From: Alphaproteobacteria bacterium
GTDB taxonomy: Bacteria > Pseudomonadota > Alphaproteobacteria > UBA6615
Direction of reading: 5' to 3'
Length of the DNA: 64,000 nucleotides
NCBI GenBank assembly: GCA_021774575.1
Contig: JAJFIX010000023.1
Coordinates: 4,166-68,165 of the forward strand
Numbering within the stretch: the stretch's first letter is position 1; each line of letters begins with the position of its first letter. The translations under genes were made by a program, and so were the position numbers. The notes below the pieces were generated by a model that was given only the letters and a program-made list of their open reading frames with translations, did not search any database and had not been told where the DNA came from. Of the stretch, positions 9,779-18,414 are shown piece by piece.

Positions 9779-10576
9779 TTATCCTGCGATTTCATCGATT
9801 AAGGCCGGGATTGATCCTCCCACTTGCCGTAAGATTTCGGCAAATTCCGCGCGTTGGGTCAGCAGGAAACTGCGCCCAGCAAAGGTTGCATCAAGTATGC
9901 GCAATTTGCCGTCGGTGGTAACCACGGACCACAAGACCTCGCCCTGGACGTCTGCGGATGAAAACAAGGACCTTACTTCAATGAGCGTGTCGGTCCGCTC
10001 CACCGCATCGACCTGACGTGCCGAAACAACCTCGATTCGGCCGTTCGGCGGAAATCCCTCAATGAGTTGCTTGGCCAGAAAACCGCCCAGGATTGCTCTA
10101 AATTGATCGCGTTCTCCCTCGTCGGCCTTGTTCCAGGCGCGGCCGAGGACGATCCGACTAATTTCCTGGGTAGCGAACTTTTGGTCGAAGAGATCACTGA
10201 AAAATTGACGCAATAGAGCCGGGCTGTTGGTTTGGTCGTTAAGCGCCGTAATGCTCGTCTGGGCGAGGTCGTTGATAAATTCTGGGGCTAGAGCAATAGA
10301 ATCCTGGCCATTCTGCGCCAATTGCAAAGGGGTGGCGGAGTTGATGGATCGCATATGTTCGGGCGACGATGGTGGGCCGGCCGCTAAGGGGGGCGTTACC
10401 AATGCTGCAGTTATTGCGATTAAAATACCTGCTCCGGCCGCAGTCCTCACAGAACTTGCGAGCAGGGATACGAAATATTTAGCCAACAGATTATTAGGAT
10501 ATTTCACTGAGCACCTATTCGTTAATGTTTTCGATTTTGCCGAAACGGCGAAAATTTGGAATTTAAAAATATTCAT
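9779..10576 (-). CDS. MlaC/Ttg2D-family periplasmic lipid-binding protein (paralogue 2)
   Basis: Same domain signature ('IVLGRAWNKADEGERDQFRAILGGFL'). An alternative GTG start at 10450 gives a cleaner signal peptide. Confidence 0.65.
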   Translation of the reverse strand: MNIFKFQIFAVSAKSKTLTNRCSVKYPNNLLAKYFVSLLASSVRTAAGAGILIAITAALVTPPLAAGPPSSPEHMRSINSATPLQLAQNGQDSIALAPEFINDLAQTSITALNDQTNSPALLRQFFSDLFDQKFATQEISRIVLGRAWNKADEGERDQFRAILGGFLAKQLIEGFPPNGRIEVVSARQVDAVERTDTLIEVRSLFSSADVQGEVLWSVVTTDGKLRILDATFAGRSFLLTQRAEFAEILRQVGGSIPALIDEIAG

Positions 10577-10606
10577 GCTGGCGCGAATGGCGCAGCTGTT
10601 TTGCGG

Positions 10607-11341
10607 CTAACGCCCCAATGTTTCAATGAGTCCATCCAAAGATCCTCCATTGCGTTGGAGAATGCGGTCAAAATCTCCCTTTTGCCCGAGAAGAAAGCTC
10701 GTCCGGGCAAAGGTAATATCAAGTATTTTCATTTCACCATCGACCGTTGCCACGATCCATGGAACTCTGGCGGAAAAATTTTGGCCGACAAAAACGGTCA
10801 CTACTTCGGTCTGCGGTAAGCCGAGCTCCGATTGTCCGGCCAGGGAGGCGCCGCGTACCTGAAAGCGACCATCGGGCACCCGGTCAATGATGACGTCGGC
10901 CAAGTGGATCGCCAGCACATCAAGAAAGGCGTCGCGCTGCTCTATCGATGCCGTTGACCAGATGCGACCGAGGACCGCCTGGCCGATTTGCTCCGACGCA
11001 AAAGCCGAGGAAAAAATTTGGCGAAATATCTCATGGGCCAATTGCCGACTTGTCTGGGCTTGGGTCAACGCGGCAAGACCCGCATCGATCACGGTGTCGA
11101 CGAAAATTGACGCGACATTGGTCGGGTCATCTGGCGCCTGAAAAATCCAGCGCGGCCCAATCGGTGTCGCGTTTTGGTTCGCAATTGGGCGAGCGGTCTC
11201 GGCAAAGCCAATGCTTGAAGTGAAAATTGCCACAGCTAGGCAAAATGCCAAACTCGCACCCGCTGTCGCAACAGGGCCGAAGGACACGAGAATTGCCGCG
11301 CCTGCGCGCCTAATTGAGTTATGTATAAATACTGTATTCAC
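10607..11341 (-). CDS. MlaC/Ttg2D-family periplasmic lipid-binding protein (paralogue 3)
   Basis: Same domain signature ('AVLGRIWSTASIEQRDAFLDVLAIHL') with an N-terminal signal/anchor. Confidence 0.65.
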   Translation of the reverse strand: MNTVFIHNSIRRAGAAILVSFGPVATAGASLAFCLAVAIFTSSIGFAETARPIANQNATPIGPRWIFQAPDDPTNVASIFVDTVIDAGLAALTQAQTSRQLAHEIFRQIFSSAFASEQIGQAVLGRIWSTASIEQRDAFLDVLAIHLADVIIDRVPDGRFQVRGASLAGQSELGLPQTEVVTVFVGQNFSARVPWIVATVDGEMKILDITFARTSFLLGQKGDFDRILQRNGGSLDGLIETLGR

Positions 11342-11671
11342 TGTTCTTTACGTGGCCAGGATATGAATTTTACTAACACTGTCGTGCCGGTTACTCGCTC
11401 ATAGTATCCGTATGGGCATAGTATAGTGTTATATATGTCTTTGTCGCGAAAATTTTTATAAGTTGAGTGAAAGATATATTAAATTGATATTCCGGAAAAA
11501 CACAGAATATGCCCACTTATCGGCCGCCCGCACATGACCCGCACATAAATTGACCAGATCAACCTGCACAATCGCGCAACCGCGTGGTCAGGTGCCAATC
11601 GCTAAGTTACGGCATCATTTGTGTGCGATATCTGGAATGCTGTTCAGAGACCGAGAGCTGTGCACTCAAAA

Positions 11672-11685
11672 TTGACCTGGATCAA
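11672..11685. promoter_or_regulatory. FNR/FixK-type box TTGAC-CTGG-ATCAA (one mismatch to TTGAT-N4-ATCAA)
   Basis: Palindrome read directly. Lies in the 500 bp AT-rich divergent intergenic region ~165 bp upstream of the beta-propeller gene. Confidence 0.45.
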
Positions 11686-11742
11686 GTTTTTCTTCCAAAA
11701 TTCCAATAAAGACCATGATTAGGCGGAATAAACGGTAAAATG

Positions 11743-11756
11743 TTGATGCATGTCAA
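11743..11756. promoter_or_regulatory. FNR/FixK-type box TTGAT-GCAT-GTCAA (one mismatch)
   Basis: Second palindrome ~93 bp upstream of ATG 11843. An FNR-type regulator is encoded in the same cluster. Confidence 0.45.
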
Positions 11757-11842
11757 TGTTCCACCCGTATTCGGTCACTACTTTTCAATTATCAATATTG
11801 CCATTGTTCTCTGTTCGAGAGCGCTCCAAAAAGGAGATCCCA

Positions 11843-13240
11843 ATGACCCCTAAACTATCAAAACTTTTTCGACTCGTTATTGCCCCGGCGGCTCTGTCTG
11901 TTGCGCTCATGGTTCAGCCGGTGGCCGGATCGTTTGCGCAATCCGACGGCCCCGGCGATGGTTGGACAACGCCGCTTGCCGAGCAACTCGGTGTTCGATT
12001 GGTCCAACGGTTCGATTCCTCGGGTGAAGATGCCTGGGATCCGCTAGCCCATCCCAACGTCTTTATTACAACCGAGGGGCCCGGATATGGCGGCCTGTTA
12101 AGTGGTGTCACCCAGCCGGGTATCGCTATTATTGACTCCGATACCCGTGAAGTTGTGGCTCATCAGAGCTATGACGTTCTCGCCCTTGGCTGGGAAAATG
12201 TGTTCGAACCCCACGGGCTCGGCGTTTCTCCTGACGGGCAATGGATTTATCTGCCAAGTGGCGAGGGATCCTTTTCCTCGGTCGGCAAAGGTCGGTTGCT
12301 GGTCATTAACGCGCGCACACTGAAACTGGACAAAATTTTAGGACTGCGCGGTCAACCCCATCACGCCAAATCCTTCACGATGCCGGACGGAACGGGCCTT
12401 GCCTATGTTTATGGCTGGGGCCAACCGATGTTTGCGATGGACCCCAGTGATGATAATCGCGTTGTCGGGGGATTGGATTTCAATGCAATGGGTATCGAGG
12501 GATATCTATATTTTGCCTCCCCCGAGGGCGACGAGATCATTGCCAGTGGGCGTTTTCGACGCGGTGTAGCGAGAAATGAGTTACATGGCAATGTGATGGT
12601 TCGCATCGATACGTCTGACTGGAGCTTGATTGACTATGTTCCAGTTGCTGACAGCACCCCTGTCTGGGTCTCTTTTAGCGCAGACGGCGAGAATGCGTAT
12701 TTCAGCGGTGGTCACTCTAGCCTCGTATTCAAATACGACCGGATCGGGGACGAGGTGACGTCGCACGCACGCGCTGGCGTTGAAGGTCCGTACGGTGTGC
12801 ATTTAGGTTGGGATGACACCTTCCTTTATGCGGTTGGCAAGGGCGAAGGATCCCACAATCGCGGTAAAGTATTGGGGCTTATCAATACCGATCTGATGGA
12901 TAGGTCAACCCGGCCAATGGATCAGTTTACGACAAACTGCTTGCGTGGCGATCACGGCACGCTTCATCCTGATCCGGATGCGAATGAGTTGTGGATTACC
13001 TGCAATTCGAGCTTTGAAATTGTGGTTTTTGACCTCGACCGTAACGAAGTCTCAGCCAGAATTCCGATGCCGAACGGTGGTAGCACTCACTCCGGCTCTT
13101 TCCTTCAATATGCAGGCTGGAATGGCGAAGTCGTCGCCGACCAGAACGGGCTTCAAGGCAGCGCACTTACCCTGAAGCGCCAACTGCTCGGGTTGGAGGG
13201 TGCCGAAACGGTGCCCGCCGATGAGCTAGTGGGCGACTAA
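11843..13240 (+). CDS. secreted beta-propeller protein of unknown function (SBP56/MtoX-like or NosZ-propeller-like; unresolved)
   Basis: AAGGAG RBS 8 bp before ATG 11843 and a Sec-type signal peptide. Blade-like repeats ('AYFSGGHSSLVFKYD', 'ELWITCNSSFEIVVFD'), an HH pair, no Cys-rich site. Confidence 0.5.
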   Translation: MTPKLSKLFRLVIAPAALSVALMVQPVAGSFAQSDGPGDGWTTPLAEQLGVRLVQRFDSSGEDAWDPLAHPNVFITTEGPGYGGLLSGVTQPGIAIIDSDTREVVAHQSYDVLALGWENVFEPHGLGVSPDGQWIYLPSGEGSFSSVGKGRLLVINARTLKLDKILGLRGQPHHAKSFTMPDGTGLAYVYGWGQPMFAMDPSDDNRVVGGLDFNAMGIEGYLYFASPEGDEIIASGRFRRGVARNELHGNVMVRIDTSDWSLIDYVPVADSTPVWVSFSADGENAYFSGGHSSLVFKYDRIGDEVTSHARAGVEGPYGVHLGWDDTFLYAVGKGEGSHNRGKVLGLINTDLMDRSTRPMDQFTTNCLRGDHGTLHPDPDANELWITCNSSFEIVVFDLDRNEVSARIPMPNGGSTHSGSFLQYAGWNGEVVADQNGLQGSALTLKRQLLGLEGAETVPADELVGD

Positions 13241-13344
13241 CGGATCGGCGACGGTAGGAGATACCGTCACCAACACGTCAGAAGGGGGATAGCCCCGCTA
13301 TCCCCCGCCTCTTCAAACCACTGCCCAATTCAGAATTTAGCAAA

Positions 13345-14616
13345 ATGTTTGCGCGACGAATGACCAAGGAGATGGCTGTGCTGAACAAACTGAAATCGAA
13401 TGCCGGATTAGGTGTCATTGCCGGAGCGGCCATTTGCACCACTGCAATTTTCCTTGTTGTTTCAAGCAGCGCCCAATCCCAAGCGCCTGCGATCAGCGAC
13501 GCGTCGCCGCAAGTTGAAAACGGCCGGGACATATTTATGACAGCGGGGGGCGTTGGTTGTGCAGCCTGTCACGGAATTTTTGGTGAAGGCGATGTCGGCA
13601 TCGGCCCTTATGCGCGCGGTGTGAATAGGGCGTCGATCGACGCGGCGCTAGAATCCATTGCCGAAATGTCCTTCCTTCGAAGTTCGGTACGCGGCCAATC
13701 CATCGACGATATTGCTGCCTATACGGAGTGGCTCGGCAATCATCAACTGGTAAAGACCCTCGCCAAGCGCGGCCGTTTTATTCCCGACAGCGTATCCGTC
13801 CGTCCAAACACATTGATCCAGCTGGTTATATCTAATGCCAGCCGGTTTCCCCGCACCTTTGCCAGTGACGATATGGGTATCGGTGAGATTTCCGTGGATG
13901 GACGTGAGGTCGCAGAAATTATCTGGACGTCGCCTAGTGAGGAGGGAACTTTCACCCTACGTTGCTTGGATTGCCGGATTACCGATCAGCAACTTTCTAT
14001 CCAAATTTCGAATGACGCTGCGCCCTTCACCCCCGTTTCTGGGCCACCGGTTGAGGTGGCGAATACGCCTGCACCAGCCGTTCAGACAGCGGCGGATTTG
14101 GACTTGATCGACCGCGGTCGAGATATTTTTCTCAATGCCGGTGAGGTGGGGTGCACGGCCTGTCATGGCTCTTACGCCGAAGGCGATGTTGGAATTGGTC
14201 CTTATAATAGAGGCCTCGATGAAGACGATATTCGTCTGGCGTTGGCTAATGTCGATGCGATGCGTTTCCTGCAGCAACAACTAGACGATGAACAAATTCA
14301 TCAAGTCGCTGCCTATTACGGATGGCTGGGTGATCACCAGCTTTTCAAAACGCGCATGATCCGTGGGCAATTCTTTCCGAATAGAATTCGGGTGGCGCCG
14401 GGGGCGGCTATTCAGTTGGCGATTACCAATCGCGCTCGTTCCCCTGGTGCATTTTTTAGCGCCGACATGGGGATTGAACCCTTCGTTGTCCAAGGTTTGG
14501 AGACGGTCGATTTTTTCTGGACCGCGCCAAGGGTTGAAGCCGAATTCACCCTGCGCTGCGCCGATTGCGCGACATCAGATTGGCTGACCATCGAGACGAC
14601 GCAGGCTGCACGATAG
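13345..14616 (+). CDS. periplasmic di-heme c-type cytochrome with internally duplicated [cyt c + cupredoxin-like] modules
   Basis: Two CxxCH motifs ('CAACHG', 'CTACHG'), each followed by 'GEGDVGIGPY'. Two ~90 aa beta-sandwich-like modules sharing 'DMGI' and 'LRCxDC' but lacking His ligands. Start uncertain (13345, 13372 or 13378). Confidence 0.6.
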   Translation: MFARRMTKEMAVLNKLKSNAGLGVIAGAAICTTAIFLVVSSSAQSQAPAISDASPQVENGRDIFMTAGGVGCAACHGIFGEGDVGIGPYARGVNRASIDAALESIAEMSFLRSSVRGQSIDDIAAYTEWLGNHQLVKTLAKRGRFIPDSVSVRPNTLIQLVISNASRFPRTFASDDMGIGEISVDGREVAEIIWTSPSEEGTFTLRCLDCRITDQQLSIQISNDAAPFTPVSGPPVEVANTPAPAVQTAADLDLIDRGRDIFLNAGEVGCTACHGSYAEGDVGIGPYNRGLDEDDIRLALANVDAMRFLQQQLDDEQIHQVAAYYGWLGDHQLFKTRMIRGQFFPNRIRVAPGAAIQLAITNRARSPGAFFSADMGIEPFVVQGLETVDFFWTAPRVEAEFTLRCADCATSDWLTIETTQAAR

Positions 14617-14635
14617 GGCAGGAAAGGGAAAAGCT

Positions 14636-16063
14636 ATGACAAATTTGAATGTCGCCAACCGCCCGTCCTTCAAGCCCGTCCGAAGAACTTGGGCCGCTGT
14701 GGGCCGATCCTGGGGAGGGTCGCATCCCCGGCTGGTCGCAATTTTTTCCTTACTTGCCGCTCTCGTCGTCTCGTCTGCTTGGCTAGCATTTCCCTATATT
14801 CTTGAAGGCCGTGGGCTCATTGCCGATGTCGGCGACACGGTGCAGACCGAGCGCCGCGACCGCGCGACTACGGTCGGGCAGCTGCTCACCCGTTATGCCG
14901 ATGGGCTGGGCGGGGCGGAAATCGACATGCTCTACGCGACACCGCGTTTTTTCGAAATCGCGGGGCAAGCCTCAAGCTATGATCAATACCGGCCCGATCA
15001 ATACATTGTGTTTATGATTAATGAGACGACCCATATCGAGGACCTGCCGCAACAGTTGCCCGAGGCGACCTTGATCGTCGATGGAAAGACGTATCAACCG
15101 GTCGATATTGAAGGGCCCATTGATGTCGTTCACCATCGATCCTCAACGGTTCGTTTTGCCGCGATTGACGCCAATGGCCAGCCGATTATTCCTGCCGATA
15201 CAAGCGAAATTGAACTCAGCCTTGTCGGCGATTGGGGCGACGCCGGGATGCCACGTACCGCATCATGGGATTTGCCGATCGATTATGCCGAGACCTATGA
15301 CGCAGGAATTTGGACACCTGTGATGGTTTTTGCCCTTGCGGCGGGCTTGTTGTCGGCAGTTTTGACCCCGTGTTTGCTGCAATTGCTGGCGGTTTATTTT
15401 GTCACCCTTGTTGGAGTTTCGGCTGAGAGTGGTGGTGGTAGTGGCAGTGCTTCTGCCTCCGGCCCTGGGGGCCGAAAAATGTTATATGCAGCGCTGGCGT
15501 TTGTGGCCGGTTTTACAGTTCTCTACACGGTTGCGGGTGCCGCGATCGGCTATGCCGGCAAGGAAATGCAGATATTGTCTGCCGAATGGAGCCGTCACGT
15601 TGGCATTGCGTCGGGACTTTTGATCATTGCAATGGCAATTTGGTTCGGTATCAGGTCGCGGGCACCGATGGTCTGTAAAATCCCGTTGCCCGGCGCGGTT
15701 GCTCGGTTTGACAAACGCGGCGTCATCGGCTCGGCGCTCGTCGCCGCCGGTTTTTCGCTGGGCTGCATGACATGCTTTAGCGGTGCGATTGTCGCGACCC
15801 TCCTCGTCTATGTCGGTGCGTTGGGGAGTGCCTCAATCGGAGCACTGGTTCTCTTCCTGTTCTCGATCGGTGTTGGAATTCCGTTCTTGGCCGGAGCGCT
15901 GTTCCTGTCCCGAGCCACTCGGGCAATGGCATGGGTGTCGAAATTTTCGCCCCAGATCGGTTTCGTTTCGATGGTGCTGATGGCTGGGTTCGGCGTGCTC
16001 CTGATTACCGATAATTTTCACGAAGTGAGCAATCTCATTTACCCATGGCTCGGTTTGGGGTGA
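14636..16063 (+). CDS. DsbD/CcdA-family transmembrane thiol-disulfide electron transporter with a Cys-free periplasmic N-terminal domain
   Basis: TM1 'AAGLLSAVLTPCLLQLL' matches the CcdA 'LSPCxLP' motif. A later 'GCMTCFSG' carries the second Cys pair. The ~230 aa N-domain has no Cys. Confidence 0.6.
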   Translation: MTNLNVANRPSFKPVRRTWAAVGRSWGGSHPRLVAIFSLLAALVVSSAWLAFPYILEGRGLIADVGDTVQTERRDRATTVGQLLTRYADGLGGAEIDMLYATPRFFEIAGQASSYDQYRPDQYIVFMINETTHIEDLPQQLPEATLIVDGKTYQPVDIEGPIDVVHHRSSTVRFAAIDANGQPIIPADTSEIELSLVGDWGDAGMPRTASWDLPIDYAETYDAGIWTPVMVFALAAGLLSAVLTPCLLQLLAVYFVTLVGVSAESGGGSGSASASGPGGRKMLYAALAFVAGFTVLYTVAGAAIGYAGKEMQILSAEWSRHVGIASGLLIIAMAIWFGIRSRAPMVCKIPLPGAVARFDKRGVIGSALVAAGFSLGCMTCFSGAIVATLLVYVGALGSASIGALVLFLFSIGVGIPFLAGALFLSRATRAMAWVSKFSPQIGFVSMVLMAGFGVLLITDNFHEVSNLIYPWLGLG

Positions 16064-16102
16064 ACCGGAATGCTGGTTGATTGGTTCCAATTTGGAGGTA
16101 GG

Positions 16103-16447
16103 AAAATGAAAAAACTTTTGATCCATGCGGCTTTGGCATTCTTTGTCCTGACGCCGGTTGTCCTGGCGTCAGGGGCAGCAAATGCGGCCGAGCGCGATAT
16201 CACGTTGACTGTTCTCATGACTTGCCCGACGTCCGAACCACCGTTGGTCCGAAAAACGCTGCTTGACGTCAATGGCGTGAGCGAGGTCGCGGTATCCTAT
16301 TCAGACAAAAATGCATATGTGATTTTCGATGATGCGGTGACGAATGAAATGGAACTGATTGCCGCGATTAATGAGATTGGGCTGCGGACGTCACGTGATG
16401 AGGATGGGGGGGATATGGAAGCCATGGATGATATGAGCGAAATGTAA
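16103..16447 (+). CDS. small periplasmic HMA-like (ferredoxin-fold) protein with degenerate 'MTCPTS' site and Met-rich C-terminal tail
   Basis: Signal peptide. 'ITLTVLMTCPTSEPPL..VSEVAVSY..AYVIFDD' mirrors the HMA 'GMTCxxC' layout but with a single Cys. C-terminus 'MEAMDDMSEM' is an MxxMxxMxxM motif. Confidence 0.5.
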   Translation, partial: KMKKLLIHAALAFFVLTPVVLASGAANAAERDITLTVLMTCPTSEPPLVRKTLLDVNGVSEVAVSYSDKNAYVIFDDAVTNEMELIAAINEIGLRTSRDEDGGDMEAMDDMSEM

Positions 16448-16490
16448 AAATTGATCGCTCGGGCTTGAGCAAGAGACACGAGGGCAGAAA

Positions 16491-17660
16491 ATGACAAGTT
16501 TCAAATCAATGATGGTCTTAAGCGCCGGATTTCTCCTTTTGGGTACGGCGGTTGCATTCGCTGTGCGAGAACCAAATGTGTCGCTCGCCGTTAGTGATAT
16601 TGAAAAATATGTGTTCGTTCCCAGTTTGGGGTCGGCCGACATTACGGTGATTGACAGTCGGAATAATTCTGTTGTCGGGACGATTGATCTTGACGAAATC
16701 CCGGACCGGTTGGTCGTGTCTTCCGCCGTCGGCCAGCTTATTGTCAGCAATCTAGAAAGTCGCACCGTTACATTGATCGATATAGAGACCGGCGATGAGA
16801 CTGCCGAGATCGCCCTAGATATAACGCCGCAATCCCTGGTCATGAGCCCCGAGGGGTATCTGGTCGCTGTGAGCGATGTTGATGCCGGCGTCGTCGCCGT
16901 GATTTCGTTGCACCGTGGCGTTGAAGTTTCGAGGATAGACAATCTTTCGGCGCCCTCTGGGTTAACTTTCAGCGATGATGGGTCGTTACTTTATGTTCCA
17001 GATGGTGCGTCAAATTCGATCAAACTTATCGATATCGTCCAAGGTAGGGCGTTTGGGGAGTTACCACTATCTGCTGGCAACCCTGATGGAGTAGGCGACC
17101 CGGAAATGCTCAGCGCCGTCACCAGAAGTGCCAATGGTCGCTTTGGCTTTTGCGCCATCGGTCATGCCGAGGAGCTTGCCATATTTGATTTTGGAACCGA
17201 GCAACGGGTCAAGACGCTCAAATTGGGTAACCAGCCTTCGCGGCCTTTCGGCACCGCGGATGGGCGATATATTATGGTGGCAAACAACGGTGATCGCACC
17301 GTGTCGATTATTGATACGCAGACCTTTGATATTGCCGCAACGCTGCCCGGGGCCGCCGATGTTACAGCAATTAACACCGGTTGGTTTGAGACCGTGGCCT
17401 TCGTCATCAGCGAAAGTGAGGACAAAGCGATCATCCTCGACCTCATGGATTTACGTAAATCTGGTGAGATTGAATTACCGAGTTCTCCCGGTCCAGGTGT
17501 CGTGACTCCCGACGCAGCGACACTTTATGTTGCGCTTAGCGATACCGATAGCGTCGCGGTGATCGATACACGGTCACGCCGGGTGACGGCAATTATCGAT
17601 AATGTAGGAACCCAGCCGCGAGGCGCGACAATGGCGCGAACGAATAATTATTGCCATTAG
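16491..17660 (+). CDS. YVTN-family beta-propeller repeat protein (NirF / cytochrome-d1-domain-like, no heme c motif), periplasmic
   Basis: Signal peptide. Roughly 40-residue repeats ('LYVPDGASNSIKLIDI', 'YIMVANNGDRTVSIIDT', 'LYVALSDTDSVAVIDT'). Confidence 0.6.
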   Translation: MTSFKSMMVLSAGFLLLGTAVAFAVREPNVSLAVSDIEKYVFVPSLGSADITVIDSRNNSVVGTIDLDEIPDRLVVSSAVGQLIVSNLESRTVTLIDIETGDETAEIALDITPQSLVMSPEGYLVAVSDVDAGVVAVISLHRGVEVSRIDNLSAPSGLTFSDDGSLLYVPDGASNSIKLIDIVQGRAFGELPLSAGNPDGVGDPEMLSAVTRSANGRFGFCAIGHAEELAIFDFGTEQRVKTLKLGNQPSRPFGTADGRYIMVANNGDRTVSIIDTQTFDIAATLPGAADVTAINTGWFETVAFVISESEDKAIILDLMDLRKSGEIELPSSPGPGVVTPDAATLYVALSDTDSVAVIDTRSRRVTAIIDNVGTQPRGATMARTNNYCH

Positions 17661-17704
17661 GCCCGACACCCTAGGTCAGCAACAAACTCGGGAGGTTGTG
17701 CAAA

Positions 17705-18361
17705 ATGAAAGAAAATTTTCGCCTTGGAATATATGGCAGCCTGGGACTGCTGCTTTGCGCCGCTACCGTAGCCGCCCTGTTGCTGATTAATAATCGCTTG
17801 GCGCCTGAAATCTCGGATCCGCCGCTTGAAATTGATGCGGCAATTATCGACCCAGGGGGACCATTTGCACTGGTCGATCATCAAGGAAAATCGGTAACCG
17901 ACCGTGATTTTCTCGGTCGATATCTACTGGTTAATTTTGGTTATACATTCTGTCCCGACATTTGCCCCACGACGCTCGGCCAAATTACCGTCGCGATGGA
18001 CCTGCTCGGTGAGAATGCGAACAAGGTTCAACCCGTGTTTATCACCGTCGATCCGGAGCGGGACTCAATTGAAGTTTTGGCCCGCTATATGAATTTTTTT
18101 CACCCTCAATTGATCGGCTTGACCGGCTCATCCGACCAGATCGCCAATGTCGCCCGGGTCTATATGGTTCACTACGCCCAGGCCGAGAGGGTCGAAGAGG
18201 CAAGCTATTATTCGGTCGATCACAGTAGCTTCATATACCTCATGGGGCCGGAAGGAGAATTTAGGGACGTCATTGCTTATGGAACTCTACCGCAGGAAAT
18301 GGCGTCGCTCATTGAGCGCCATATTTCAAACGATAGCTCGGCGTCCGGGGACGGCCAGTAA
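17705..18361 (+). CDS. SCO1/SenC-family copper chaperone (thioredoxin-like)
   Basis: GGGAGG RBS then ATG 17705. N-terminal TM anchor, 'FGYTFCPDICP' CxxxC motif and a downstream conserved His ('VDHSSF'). Confidence 0.85.
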   Translation: MKENFRLGIYGSLGLLLCAATVAALLLINNRLAPEISDPPLEIDAAIIDPGGPFALVDHQGKSVTDRDFLGRYLLVNFGYTFCPDICPTTLGQITVAMDLLGENANKVQPVFITVDPERDSIEVLARYMNFFHPQLIGLTGSSDQIANVARVYMVHYAQAERVEEASYYSVDHSSFIYLMGPEGEFRDVIAYGTLPQEMASLIERHISNDSSASGDGQ

Positions 18362-18414
18362 GGGGAAAGCCAGATAGCCGGATAACCGGGGTAACGAAGA
18401 TTGGAGGTAAATCC

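Noticed and set aside
11843-13240. Calling the beta-propeller protein nitrous-oxide reductase NosZ
   Set aside because: The protein is ~465 aa, too short for NosZ (~640 aa). It has no CuA cupredoxin domain (no H..C-x3-C-x3-H-x2-M) and no nosDFYL/nosR genes nearby. Only a vague HH-containing blade resembles the NosZ CuZ region.
13345-14616. Calling the di-heme protein MauG / cytochrome c peroxidase
   Set aside because: The two hemes sit in an exact internal duplication with interleaved cupredoxin-like modules. This is not the CCP/MauG two-domain fold. No CCP-characteristic Trp/Met regions were seen.
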